Origin: Anthoceros angustus
Taxonomy: Eukaryota; Plantae; Anthocerotophyta
Direction of reading: 5' to 3'
DNA length: 64,000 bases
NCBI GenBank assembly: GCA_010909165.1
Contig: MU008182.1
Span: 248,001 to 312,000, forward strand
Notes under the pieces: generated by a model
Databases searched by the model: none
The model's input: the letters and a program-made list of their open reading frames with translations, nothing else
Told to the model about the DNA's origin: nothing
Shown: positions 49,406-61,700 of the stretch, piece by piece
Numbering within the stretch: the stretch's first letter is position 1
Layout of the letters: each line of letters begins with the position of its first letter
Program-made: the position numbers and the translations under genes

Positions 49406-49740
49406 TGTTAAAAGATAACGCAGTGTCCTAAGATGAGCTCAACGAGAATGTAAATCTCGTGTGGAACAAAAGGGTAAAAGCTCATTTGATTTTGATTTTA
49501 GTCACGAATACAAGTGAAAGCATAGCTGCTATCGATCCTTTAGTTTTTGAATTTGAAAGAGGTGTCGGAAAAGTTACCATGGGATAAGCTTGTAGGCATA
49601 AGCGTTCATAGCGACGTTGCTTTTTGATCCTTGATGTCGGCTCTTCCTATCATTGTGAGCGAATTCACCAAGTGTTGGATTGTTCACCCACCAATAGGGA
49701 ACGTGATGGGTTTGGGCTTAGACCGCCGTGAGGCAGTCGA
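49406..49740 (+). rRNA. 25S/28S rRNA fragment (domain V, peptidyl-transferase region), degenerate
   Basis: Recognisable LSU sequence, e.g. AAGCGTTCATAGCGACGTTGCTTTTTGATCC..GATGTCGGCTCTTCCTATCATTGTG..TGTTGGATTGTTCACCCACCAATAGGGAACGTGA. Confidence 0.93.
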
Positions 49741-50335
49741 GGTTAGGCGCGGTGCCCTAGCACCACTAGTTGAACCATTCCAACTTTGAGGTGGGAGTCC
49801 CGATACCCGGCAGTTGATATGCACTTGGTCTACTCCGCTCCCTTGGCCGGTGGTCTCGCCTGGGACGAGCTAACTCACTGCAGGTTTACCCGCCCGCCAT
49901 AGCTCACTTTCCCAAAGGTTCAAAGATGGCTAACCTACCTCCGATTCAAAGATGGCTAACTTACCACGAGCGCCTACCAATTCGGTATCTCTGATTCACA
50001 AGCTTCCTAGCACCTTATCCTCTAATCCAAGTGAAAGCCTCGACCTATGATGCGCTCCCCTCTAAAATCAGCCGCTCATGCCCAGCCGCCTAGCCTACGC
50101 CCCCTGGGTGTTTCCTCGCCTCCTACCACGCCTCTGATCCGAAGATCCTCCTTAATATCTCCACCTCACTCCCGCTATCCGAGGTCCTTCACTCCTCCTA
50201 GAGGCCCGCCGTCTCACGCCCCTGCGCGTTCCTCGCTCCTCCTCATTTGGACGTGGCGAGTCGCCCTCAGTCGCCCAGCCTCCGCCTTGCTCATTTCCTC
50301 GAGCACAACCGTGAAGGGTATGCGTGTGGGCAGAC

Positions 50336-53300
50336 TTTTGGTCACCCAAGACGCGCGTGAGACCGACGCTGTAGGATGGGTATGTTCGTGCGTAGGTGGT
50401 AGGTAGGTCGACAGAATGTGTGGGGTCGAGGGACGTCAAGTTCGGCCTTAACCAATCAAGCCGCCCGTAGGAAGTAGGAGTAGATAGGAGCATCTATAGG
50501 CATGATAGGTTCCATAAAGTTCCTTGGACCATGGGAAGTAAGAATATTCGGGAGTAAGAAGTTCCTTGACCTTCGAAGTATTCAGGTTCTGCATGGCTAT
50601 ATATGCCAAATAGGGCTAGTTAAGTTGTAAATAGAAAGTAGCTGCAGGAGTTTTTGACCGGACACATGGCGCCATCCGGGAGGAGCGCAATTAAAGCGGT
50701 TGCATGTACCGCAAACTCGTTAGCCGTGGTTTGAACGGGGCGCCAGCGAACCCGCAGTGGCGCCGAGGGGAGGTGGAGTTGCGCTCGAAGGAGGAAGGCG
50801 GCAGTGAGCGAGCGCCTACCGATTAAGCCGAAGCCGGAGGGAGCCAACTCAAGGCGGCAAGGCGAGGCGAGTGGAGGCGCTCAAGCAAGGGGCGAATGTT
50901 GGAGAGGCGCTGGGGGAAGAGCTTGCGAAGGCTATCCGGCATCAAAACGGCGCGTAAAGTGGAGAAGTTGCTGGAGGGGAGATTGAAGGGGGCCAAGGTC
51001 ACCTCTTGGTGGTTGCGTTGGGGCCCAGACTGTCGAGGAGCGCGGGAAGCACTTCCCCTTGCTGCTGTCTCACCCAAACCACCACCTCTTTGCTCTCCAC
51101 TCTCTTAGCTTGATAGATTACTTTCCAAACTCTCCAACTTTGCTATCCTTGTGTGTGCTCCCCTGCGGATGGTGAAGATAGTGAGGACGGGGCGGGGATC
51201 ACGGGAGGAAACCTCCGCCCGCCACACCGCCCACAAAGGGAAAAGGAAGAAACACCCAATTCCGAGTTCGAGTGTAGGCCGCTCCAAATTTCACCTCGAG
51301 ATTTGAGGCGTTAAGCTATCGCGAGATGAAGATGGAATGGCTGTACTTGGTGCACAGGTGGCACTTTGCCAGCCCCGCCTTGGTTCGAGTGTGCGCGACG
51401 AATGCGAGTGACCAAGTGACGGCCAATTCCGGAGGATGCGACAATCAAGTCATCCGGGATGTGGAAGGTACATTCCGTGGATACGATTTGATACCGGAAG
51501 CCCACAAGGGGATCATTCCGCAGCAGCTCCAAGAATCGATCCCGAGGAGGTTATGAGCATGTTCCTACGGAGGAAGTATGGTCGCAAGGCAATGGCTGGA
51601 GGATCTCTTTGTTCAAGGAGCGGAAGTGGAATTTATTCGCCAAGATATGGCTGGGACTAACGCGCGCAAGGAAGACGACTGGAAATTCCCATTTAATGAT
51701 GATATGAGATGTCCTGGGAAGTTGGTGGATTGGGCCACCATTCAGTATGAACAAAGCGCATCAACCATTTGGTGATGGGAGCAAGAATCGCTTTGTCTCT
51801 ACCTTCCTCGTACACCTATATCGAGGGAGGAGGTTCTTACACCGACGATGGAAGAAGCCAAGATAGAAGCTACACCGTGAGGGTGGTGGAAGGAGAGCCA
51901 CCGCCCCAGGATGAAGAGCAGGCGAGACCCCTGGGCAAGAGACCGCCACGCGCGAACCAACATGAGGCCTCGGGATCGAACCCAACAAGAGAAAGGAAGA
52001 GGCCATAGAAGAACCTCCTACGGAAGGAGGAAAGGATACGAGACCACCTACCGGAGGGTTGAGGATTGGGCCGACAACACCGGTGGGGAATGACCTCCTA
52101 CCAAGGACTGTGGAAGGATGGAGGACCTACGGTAGGAACTTTACCTCCTACCAAGAGAAGTAGTAAGACTTGAGGAGGTGAGAGAAGAACGCCGAGGAGC
52201 GTTGGTGACCTACGCACCAACGGGAGGAGCAGTAGGAAGTGTTTTGAGAACGGCCGGCATCCTACAAAGGGTAGTTGCTGAGCTGAGGGAAGTGGGCGCA
52301 GGATCCATGGACGCCCTAGTAGACAGTGTCAGGGAGGTGGCCGAAGTTCGTGTTGAACTTCGAGACCTACGAAAGGAGCTGGAGGACGCCGAGAAGAAAT
52401 TGAGAGGAGCTCAAAACCACCTCCGAGAAGCAACACTCCGTGCTAGATCCGCCAAAGAGCGACAGATGACCACCAAGTTGGTGAATGTGTGGGAAATGAT
52501 TGACCGTGTCTTAGGACAGAGGCAAAATCAGCCAAGAGGGTGAGGAGTTGGAAGCCGCCAGAAGGAGGAGGCGGAAGGAAGTTGGAAGCTACCCTAGCAA
52601 GGGTAGGACACATCGAGCAGCAAGGAGGAGGCAGATCTACGCCAGGCAAGCCAAGACCTTGAAGACGAGAAGGACCTCCTACCAAGAAGAAGTTAGTTGC
52701 CATGGAGCAACGGAAGGAGCATTACAAGGGAAAATCGACGGCTTGGTGAAGAGCGACAAGGATGGGACAATGTGACCAAGGGTCACAAAGAGGAGCTTCA
52801 GACAAGAGAACTTTTGGAGCAAAGAAGAAGAAGGCCGACGACCTTACCCACGCCTATGAGACGGAGGCAAGGAACCCAAGGAAGTTTTGATGGCCCAACG
52901 ATCTTTGGAGGGTCTTGGTCATTCGAGGAGCAAAGTAGCGATCACGCATAGTGAAACACATGGCGATGGAAGCCATGGAGAAAGATAAGGAGATTGGGAG
53001 GCTTGCCTGGAGTTGGAGGAGCGAGTGGAGAAAGAGGCCGCATTGGTAGGAGTGACAACAGCCGGGTGGGACGAAAAGGCCATCCCACTAAGGGTCCGTG
53101 ATCATGGACGCACAAAAGAAGGAGAGTGGTAGGGTGGCGACCTACTACAACAACCTCCTAGAAGCGATTGAGGAACGCCATGTGAGGAAGATGAAGAAAC
53201 AGACCTCACGCTCGACGCAGTGGAATGGCAGCCCGGAGGTCAAACTTTGAGTTGGTACAAGGAAAGGCGGTGCTAGACATAGCCGAACGCGAGCCAAGAA

Positions 53301-54851
53301 GCACCTACGGCGACGCGGGAGAACCTCCCGAGACGGTGGAGCTACTGCCGGAGGAAGAGCCGATGGTAGGATGGTACCTACCAAAGTTCCTACTGTAGGA
53401 ATGAAGAGGAGGAGGTGACCCGGAAGGGTACCTCCGGTGAAACCAGCCGTGAGGGAAGGAACCCCATAGCAAGATCCGAGGCCGTGGTAGGGGATGAACC
53501 GCCTACGAGGCGATGAGGGGAGGAACCCCATCGAGGATGAACGGTAGGAGGAATGGAACCTCCTACCACAAAGGAAGACCTACCACCAATGGGGCGATAC
53601 CAGGCATAGTCTGGAAGACTCGGAGGTGGGCAAGGCTAAGCGACCCATCAAGGGGAAGACATTGAAGCCGCGGCGAACAAAAGCAGCGAACGAGGGATGG
53701 TAGGACCTTTTCAGGGGACGTTTTGTCCCAAGTGGTGCACACCTTGGGAAGTGTGAGTATTTAAGAGTGGCGTGATAGATGAGCAGGATATTCGGTCAAG
53801 GTGAGTGGTGAGCCGAGAGGATAACTGGAAGGGGTGACAAGAGTCCTATTGTTGGACTTGGCAAGTCGCCTAGCATTAAACTAGCACGAGTGACTAGTCG
53901 ACTCCCCACCTATAAAAGGGAGGGTGGAAGAATGAATAAACACCGACCTTGCTTTGTCATGCATTCTTCGCCTCCCGCATCCCTTTGTGTGTGTGCAGCT
54001 GACCGCCGCCGCCAAGCGAAGAAGGCCGACCTTACCCACGCCTATGAGGAGGCAAGGAACTGCCGGAAGGAGGTTTTGATGGCCCAACGATCTTTGGAGG
54101 GTCTTGGTCATTCGAGGAGCGAGGCGTCACCATAGTGAAAACATGGCGATGGAAGCCATGGAGAAAGATAAGGAGATTGCCACAGGTTGGAGGAGCGTAG
54201 TGGAGAAAGAGGCCGCATTGGTAGGAGTGACAATCGGCCGGGTGGGACGAGTGTCATCCCACTAAGGGTCCGCATCATGGACGCACAAAAGAAGGAGAGT
54301 GGTAGGGTGGCGACCTACTACAACCCTAGAAGCGATTGAGGAACGCTACGGTGAGGAAGATGAAGAAACGACCTCACTTACGCAGTGGAATGGCACCACG
54401 AGGCGAAACTTTGAGTTGGTACAAGGAAAGGCGGTGCTAGACATAGCCGAGCGAGCGAAGCACCTACGGCGCCGATGAGAACCTCCCGAGACGGTGGAGC
54501 TATCAAGCGGGAGGAAGAGACGATGGTAGGATGGTACCTACCAAAGTTCCTACTCGTGGGAACTGTTGAAGAGGAGGAGGTGACCCCGGGAAGGGTACCT
54601 CCGGTCGGCTGTGAGGGAAGGAACCCCATAGCAAGATCCGAGGCCGTGGTAGGAGAACCGCCTACCAAGAAGACGAGAGGGGAGGAACCTCGAGGGGAAC
54701 GAGTAGGAGGAATGGAACCTCCTACCACCAAGACCTACCACCGAGGGGGCGTGCTACGAGGCATAGTCTGGAAGACTCCACAGGTGGGCAAGGCGACCCA
54801 TCGAGGGGAAGACATTGAAGCTGCGAGGCGAACAAAAGCAGCGACGTGGGA
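50336..54851 (+). mobile_element. Athila-like family 3 post-pol accessory region with a partial LTR (53698-54020) and a ~1.15-kb tandem duplication
   Basis: 50336-52280 matches 62059-64000; ~52830-54020 is repeated at ~54021-55175. Confidence 0.88.
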
Positions 54852-55737
54852 TGTCGGTGGGACCTTTTAGAGGGACGTTTTGTCCCAAGTGGTGCACACC
54901 TTGGGAAGTGTGAGTATTTAAGAGTGGCGGCGGTATAGAGGATAGGATATTCGGTCAAGGTGAGCGGAAGCTGAGAGGATAACAAGGGGTGACAAGAGTC
55001 CTATTGTTGGACTTGGCAAGTCGCCTAGCATTAAACTAGCACGAGTGGTATCGACTCCCCACCTATAAAAGGGAGGGTGGAAGAATGAATAAACACCGAC
55101 CTTGCTTTGTCATGCATGTCATTCTTGCCTCCGGCATCCCTTTGTGTGTGTGAGCTGTCGCCAAGCGAGAAGGCGAAGGGTGGGGTTGTCGGAGGCCCCT
55201 CGGTGGGTTCGCCAACGCAGCTCCTCCTCTCGTGAAAGATTGTTGTTGGATGTGCTTTGTGTTGCTGGGTGGCCCCCGCAGGAGCGCCGACTACGCCGCT
55301 GTGTTCGCACGCAATCGGCCCGAGAGAATACTCCAGCCACCCTGTGCAGTTGGGCAAGGGAGGCGCAAACCGCGAACGCTAGTAGAGTTAGATTTGGGGA
55401 TCGAATGAAGTGAGTGAATGGGATTGTCCAGTTATGTTTCTGAGAGGTGATTGAAAGGTGTGTCGCTAGAGTGAATTGATCGGAGAGTGAATTGATCGTT
55501 GTAGTTGGCATAGAGAGGGAATCTCGAAGGCGTGGAGGCGGGCCGAGCAACCCAAAACGCACAACACCTTGTTGCCCACATCGAGGACAAGTAGACCGGG
55601 AGATGAGAACGAGAGAGTGAGAGGAACGACTCGCAACAATCCGAACCAAATCTCTTGGGATCGAACCTACGATTCAACGACGTGGGATAAGTGTGGCCAC
55701 CGAGGCGAGCTCGGGTGACCGAGGCAAACCTACCACA
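54852..55737 (+). repeat. LTR of Athila-like family 3
   Basis: Inferred TGTGGTAGG...CCTACCACA termini; TATAAAA ~55064; followed by degenerate Asp PBS TGGCGCTGTCGGGA. Confidence 0.8.
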
Positions 55738-58700
55738 TTTTTGGCGCTGTCGGGATTTGCTGTTTGAGGATTGTGTGTGAGTGAATGATGATAGAGGGAG
55801 TAAACGGGCATTGCGAGTCGCATCCCCCTTTCAACTCGTGCGAGAAAGGGCGCCGAAGGGATGAGTATCGGCGGATAGAGGCAATCCCGAGAGGTTAGCC
55901 GAGCCATCGCGCTAGAGTGGAGGTAACGGAAGCTGAAGCGCGGCGAGGAAGAAAGTACGTACAACATCGTCACCACGCTTAGGACGCCTTGATTGTTTTG
56001 CGGAGAAGGTCCGACAGCGCCCTACTCCACGGACGGGAGCCGTGGTACTTTGGAACATCAAGAAGAGCGGAACCAAGAACGGAGGCCGAGCTCATTTGCG
56101 AACCCTTCGAGAGTCACGTGGAGTTAGTATCACCCACGAACGGTGTGAAGGACTCGAGAGGAAGTAGGTGGTCTGCCGCTACCACCGAACGCACTCGCAT
56201 CCTCTTCTCGACACCGACACCTTAGAAGATTTTTCGACTCGAGCCGACGAGGAGAACGCCTTGTTTGATGTGAGATCATCGAGGGTCAACGAGCGACACT
56301 GAATTTGTTACCGAGAGGGCTCGGGAGGCAGCCATACGGGCGTTGATCGCATCAACGAGGAGCAAGGATTGGGACACTTACAATCGATATCTCGATCATT
56401 TGGCTCGACAGCGGAAGTTGCAAATGTAAGGTGCACGAGGCGCGCGAGAGGAAGCAAGAATTGTGGGAGCGAGCGAAGACACAATCAAGTCCACAACCCA
56501 CGAGCAAGAGCTGCCCGAGTTTCTCACTTACTCAGAGACCTTCTCGACAATGGCCGACACCTTTGCCCATAGCCATGAGCGGGGCGGGAGGAGCCAGTAC
56601 AGGAGGAGCAAACTCTCAGCACCCCCACACAAGACAGCCATATCCCAAATTTGGATCCAAGAAGGAGGACGACATCGATGCCGAAAGTTTTGTAAAGCTT
56701 TTCGAATCCATCTCGAGGGCCAACATCGAGGATTCCTCGACAGATCGGGTACGAATTTTCCCAGGGCTGTGACGAGGACCTGCGCAACAATGGTATGCCA
56801 GGAAGTTCTCTAACCCACCCACCAGTTGGCCAGTGTTGCGAGCTGATTTCCTTATTCGTTTTCGTGGTTTGAGCCACACTACCCATGTGTTAACAAACTT
56901 CGTGACTGGCGAAAGAAGAAAGAATCCTTGCTCGATTATGTGGAACGGTTTTACGCTCGGAGAAGATACCTCCGAGTGGACAACACGGAGGAGAATCACT
57001 GCGATTCGAAGAACAAGCGTTGGATTGGTCTGTCTGTGGACTACCACGAAGATGGAGATTCACCGCAGGGCAATGATACCTTGGAGGAAGGCATTCGAGC
57101 AGCCGAAGCTTGGGAGGCCGCTCTGCTGGGGAGGAGAAGACGGAAGAAAACGAGTGACAAGAGGAAGAAAGGAAGAGAGGGCCTTCAAGTTCGGAAGAAT
57201 CGACGTCCAAGACACTCCGGAACCATCATCATCTCAAGAGAATTCAACATCCGGGACAGATGACAGCGAATCGGAAGAAGCACATCGTAAGCGAGTGAAA
57301 AAAGACTTGGAACATTTGCTGAAGAAGAAGGAGAGAGACAAGAGAAACGCCACGAAGGTTGCAGAGAAGGGAAAAGGGAGACGAATGGAAGGGCGTCCAG
57401 CCAGGACACCAAATTTGGAAGATGTGATGAAACGGCTGGCAGACATCGAGATCAAATTAGTCAAGAATCGACCGACTCGACGATCTCCTTCCCCTACTCG
57501 GCAGCAAGTCTTTTGTAGCAATTGTCATCAGCCAGGCCATACGCATCAGGAATGCCGTCTCAAGACACGATGGGTCAATCAGGTGGAGTACGATCTAGAC
57601 CCATACTATGTGAGAGGAGGTGTATCGATGTGCCATGATGTGAGCTCGACCGCCTCAATCCATGAGAGCCACCTATCAACCCGATCACCCAAAGGGATGA
57701 GGTATGGTCCAAGGCAAAATCGCGAATCAATGGACCGAATCCTCTCAACGACCCCGTAATGTACCGCCATTGCTACAACTGTGGCGCCGATCATTATGCG
57801 AATGCATGTCCAACCAAGATGACACACCCTTCAGTCCGCAAGGCGCCGGACATATAGCGGAGATGCAAGATGTACGGGCCCAAGACCATTCTCGCACTGT
57901 GCGATTCGCTAACCCGGTGGTGACAGGGGAGATTCCACCAAACCCAGAACACCTCTCGTGCCCACCCCTCGGTAGACAGGGAAGTAGAAGACGAACGCTG
58001 GGGAGAGGAGCAAGAAGGCGAATGGTGGAAGTGCAGGAAGTGGACTCCGGGTATATATCCGGAGAAGACGAGTTGGTCGCACGCGTCGCCACTCGGTCAA
58101 GACGGAAGGAGGGACGACACTCCGACGTCAAGAAGGATGCTCGGAAATTGGAAGTTCGGCGGAGATGGGCGGAATCCGACCGAAAGAAAAGAAGAATGCC
58201 AGAGGAAGTGACAGTGAGAGAGGAAGAAACGGCCAGACCGGCCTGAGGGAGGCGGTCCAAAGGCTTCAATTTGCACCGACATCGCCAGAGGTGGCGGCAT
58301 GCCGATGCGGGAAACTCACTCAGCGGTGCACCCCGTAAACCATGGGTCAAGGGGGAGGATGATGAAGATGGAGGGTTACTCAAGAAGAAGTAATCGTTGA
58401 GGAGGAGAAGGACCCTCTCATTGAGAAGGTCACCAGCTTTGCAGAATCTCTGTTGGATCAAGAATTCCTTGTGACATTTCGACAACTCTTGTCCGACAAC
58501 CCCAAGTATCGACGATGATGAGAAGCGATGAAAGGGACTCACGTAAAACCGAACGAATCACGGATGTACGAGTTGTGGAACTCATGGATTTGGGTGCCAG
58601 TGAAATATCGGTCGAAGTGAACGGATGCTTGATAAGGCGTGTACCACTGGACTCCGGTTCAGGGGTTAATCTGATGATGGAAGAAACGGCCAGCAAACTA

Positions 58701-61700
58701 GGATACACCAAGTTCGAACGGACACGCACCATTCTTCGAATGGCGGATCAGACGCGGCGGCGACCGCTGGGGGTACTTCGGCGAGTACCCACTAACATTG
58801 GGGGCATTGTTTTCCCTTTGACTTATGTGGTCATGCGACCAGCGTCCGACCTAGGGTATCAAGTGTTGATAGGGAGGCCATGGCTATACGGCAGCAAGAG
58901 CCAGCTTGATTGGGGGAAGAAGGAAAATTAGGATCGCTCAAGGGCATGCCGCTGGCTCATGCCCTCCCTGGAGCAAGGAAACCTATGAAGGGGAAACGGA
59001 ATCCCTCACCGAGGAGTATACCTCCGAGGTTGGGGAGGAGACAGAGGGAGAGGAAAGTTCTTCGATCGATGATCAAACGTATTGTCCTGCTGCTTGCCGA
59101 CGGCTTCCAGGTCGAGATAGAGGAAGAATCGGAGTACAATGGAGAAAGGGACGGGGAAACGCATCCCTGGATAAGGAAAGCCGACAATGAAGATTTTCCA
59201 GATGAAGGAACGGGCGTCACTGTAGGAAGTTGTCCGGACGGACCAGTGGATCCAGGAGCCTTGGAGGAATTGGAGCTGACCCCTGGGAAGAAGGTTATGA
59301 TATGCAGGCACCTAGCGAACAAAGAGAAGGGACAACTCCGACAGCTGTTGTTAGAATACATAGATTGTTTCGCGTTCAAGGTAACCGAAATGACCGGTAT
59401 ACCAGAGGAGTTGGGAGTGCACCGAATCGACTTAAAGGAAGGAGCGACTCCGGTGAGGATCAAGCAAGACGACTCAATCCAAAGTATTCTCTAGTGGTGA
59501 AGGAGCAATTGGATCGATTCCGGAGGCGGAGTAATCTATCCTGACTCACAAGCGAATGGGTGGCACCGATTGTGATTGTGCCTAAGAAGCAACAGGGAAA
59601 GTTCGGGTTTGTCGATTTCGTGAAGTTGAATGAGGCAACTAAGAAAGACCATCACCCTTGCCGCTTATGGATAGTGTATTGGACACGGTCGCAGGCATGA
59701 GATGTACAGCTTAGACGGGTATTCGTGATATAATCGGATCACTCGAGAAAGGAAGATCAGACAAAACAACGCTTTACCATCGATTGGGGACGTTTGCATA
59801 TGCCAAATTACCCTTTGGTCTTTGCAATGCCCCGCCACCTTCGAGAGTAGTGAATACCATTTTCCGAGAGTACCGAGGAAATTCATGGAAGTATTTCGGA
59901 TGACTTTTGTGTGTTTGGGAAGAGAACTCTGACTTGGGACATCTTCGCCGTTTATGTATGTAGAGAAACCAATTTGAAGTTACACCCAAGCAAATGTTAT
60001 TTGAATGACAAGGAATCCGCACATCGTGTTTCAAGCGAGGTTTGGAGGTGGATAGGAAAAGGTCGTGTCATCACGAGATGGATGCTCAAACGGTAAGGCA
60101 AGTTCGAGCCTTCATCGCTTGGTGGGATACTAGGAGATTCATCATTGATTTTGCAAAGAAGGCACCTCTCACGCAACTCAAGAAAGATGTTCCTTTTGAT
60201 CGGACGGCAAGCGAGGAGCTAAGTTTGAAAAGAGCTTGGCGGGCACCGTGTTGCAACCTCCCAACCGGAAGAACCTTTTCATGTCTTTGTGGATGTATCG
60301 CTATGCCATAGGGGCCATCCCGAGTCAACGTGATGGAAAGAAGCATGATAGGCCGATCTTCTATGCAGACGCCAACTTTCGGATGCGTAACGGAACTACT
60401 CCACGATCGAAAGAGAAGCTCGCATCATCTATTCTCGCAAGAAATTTCGACATTATCCGGCTTGCAAAGTTGTGTTCCATGTGGACCATTTCGCATTGAA
60501 GTACTTGGTAAACAAACCCGATCTATCCGCCGAATCGCGCGATGGATATCTGTTGAGTTCGATTATGAGGTGGAAACACACGGAAGCAACATGTGAACGC
60601 CGACTTCATTTCTCGACTACGAATGAAGGGAAGCGTCACCACCGAACGATAAGTTCCCGATGAGGAGTTAGTAGCCGTAAAGCATGATCGAAAGACGGCG
60701 GGAGGCCGCAGAAGGACGAGGAAACGGAGCGCGGGGACTCCTCCGGACATCGCGAGCAAATGAGGGGACGCCACAGACCAAGGACTACGCAACCCACGTA
60801 AACCCCGCACTATAAGGAGAAGCGAGGGCGGCGTGTCGACACTTATCAACGCCAAGTCGAGGTATTTAGAGCATGGGGAGTTGCCGTGGGTTTATCAAGG
60901 AAGGAGTTCGTGTTCATACGGCACCATATTGCATCGCAAGGGAGTACAAATTGGGAGCTGAGGTGATTCAAGATGTTTGAGGGGAATGAGAAAGCCATGG
61001 TGATAGAAGCCTTGCACAGAGGAAGCAGGACACTATTCCGCCACAATCACAACAAAGAAGATTCTAACCACGTGGTTTTGGTGGGCTACAATGTATAGAG
61101 ATGTATGGTTATTCATCGAGTTGTGATGCTTGTCACGTGACGGAGGCCCCCACGACGAGTGGCCTCTAACGTACATCCACCGCACCTTTTGAGAAATGGG
61201 GAATTGATTTTGTGGGACCTATTCGACCACCAACCGACCAGCGACAAGACATTTTGCTGCAGACATCGCACAAAGATGGTAGAGGCGTGAAGGAAGGATG
61301 ATGCGCCCACCGCCAAGTTTTTGTTTGAACGGATTATCACAAGGTATGGATGCCCATTGGAACTTGTTAGCGATCGAGGGACGCATTTCCTCAACAGCAT
61401 AATCGAGTCTGTGACTGCCTATTTCAACATTCGACACAGGAAGACTACGCCTTACAACCCGAAGCCAACGGACTCACGGAGAAGACGAACGGGTTACTAT
61501 GCAACATTTTGACAAAAGTGACGGTCTCCCATATGTATGACTGGGATACCAAGCTACATTCCGTGCTATGGGCTTTCAGAACTGCGGAGAAGGTGACCAC
61601 AAAGAAGACACCATACTATCTGACATACGGTATGTCACCTGTAATGCCAGTTGAGTTTGAGGTACCAACGTATAGAATTATGGAAGATGAGCGAATGACG

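Larger units (their letters stand above)
48311..50320 (-). mobile_element. Probable gypsy 3' LTR (~48311-50050), PPT and accessory-ORF tail, interrupted by an rDNA fragment
   Basis: TGTGG terminus; TATA ~49390; purine tract ~50054-50067; tail VLEEMSKAE..EERG resembles VLEEMSEAE..DEERG at ~10020-10100. Confidence 0.5.

Noticed and set aside
49406-49740. Functional rDNA unit or R2-type target site
   Set aside because: Short isolated fragment with no flanking rDNA and no adjacent RLE element.
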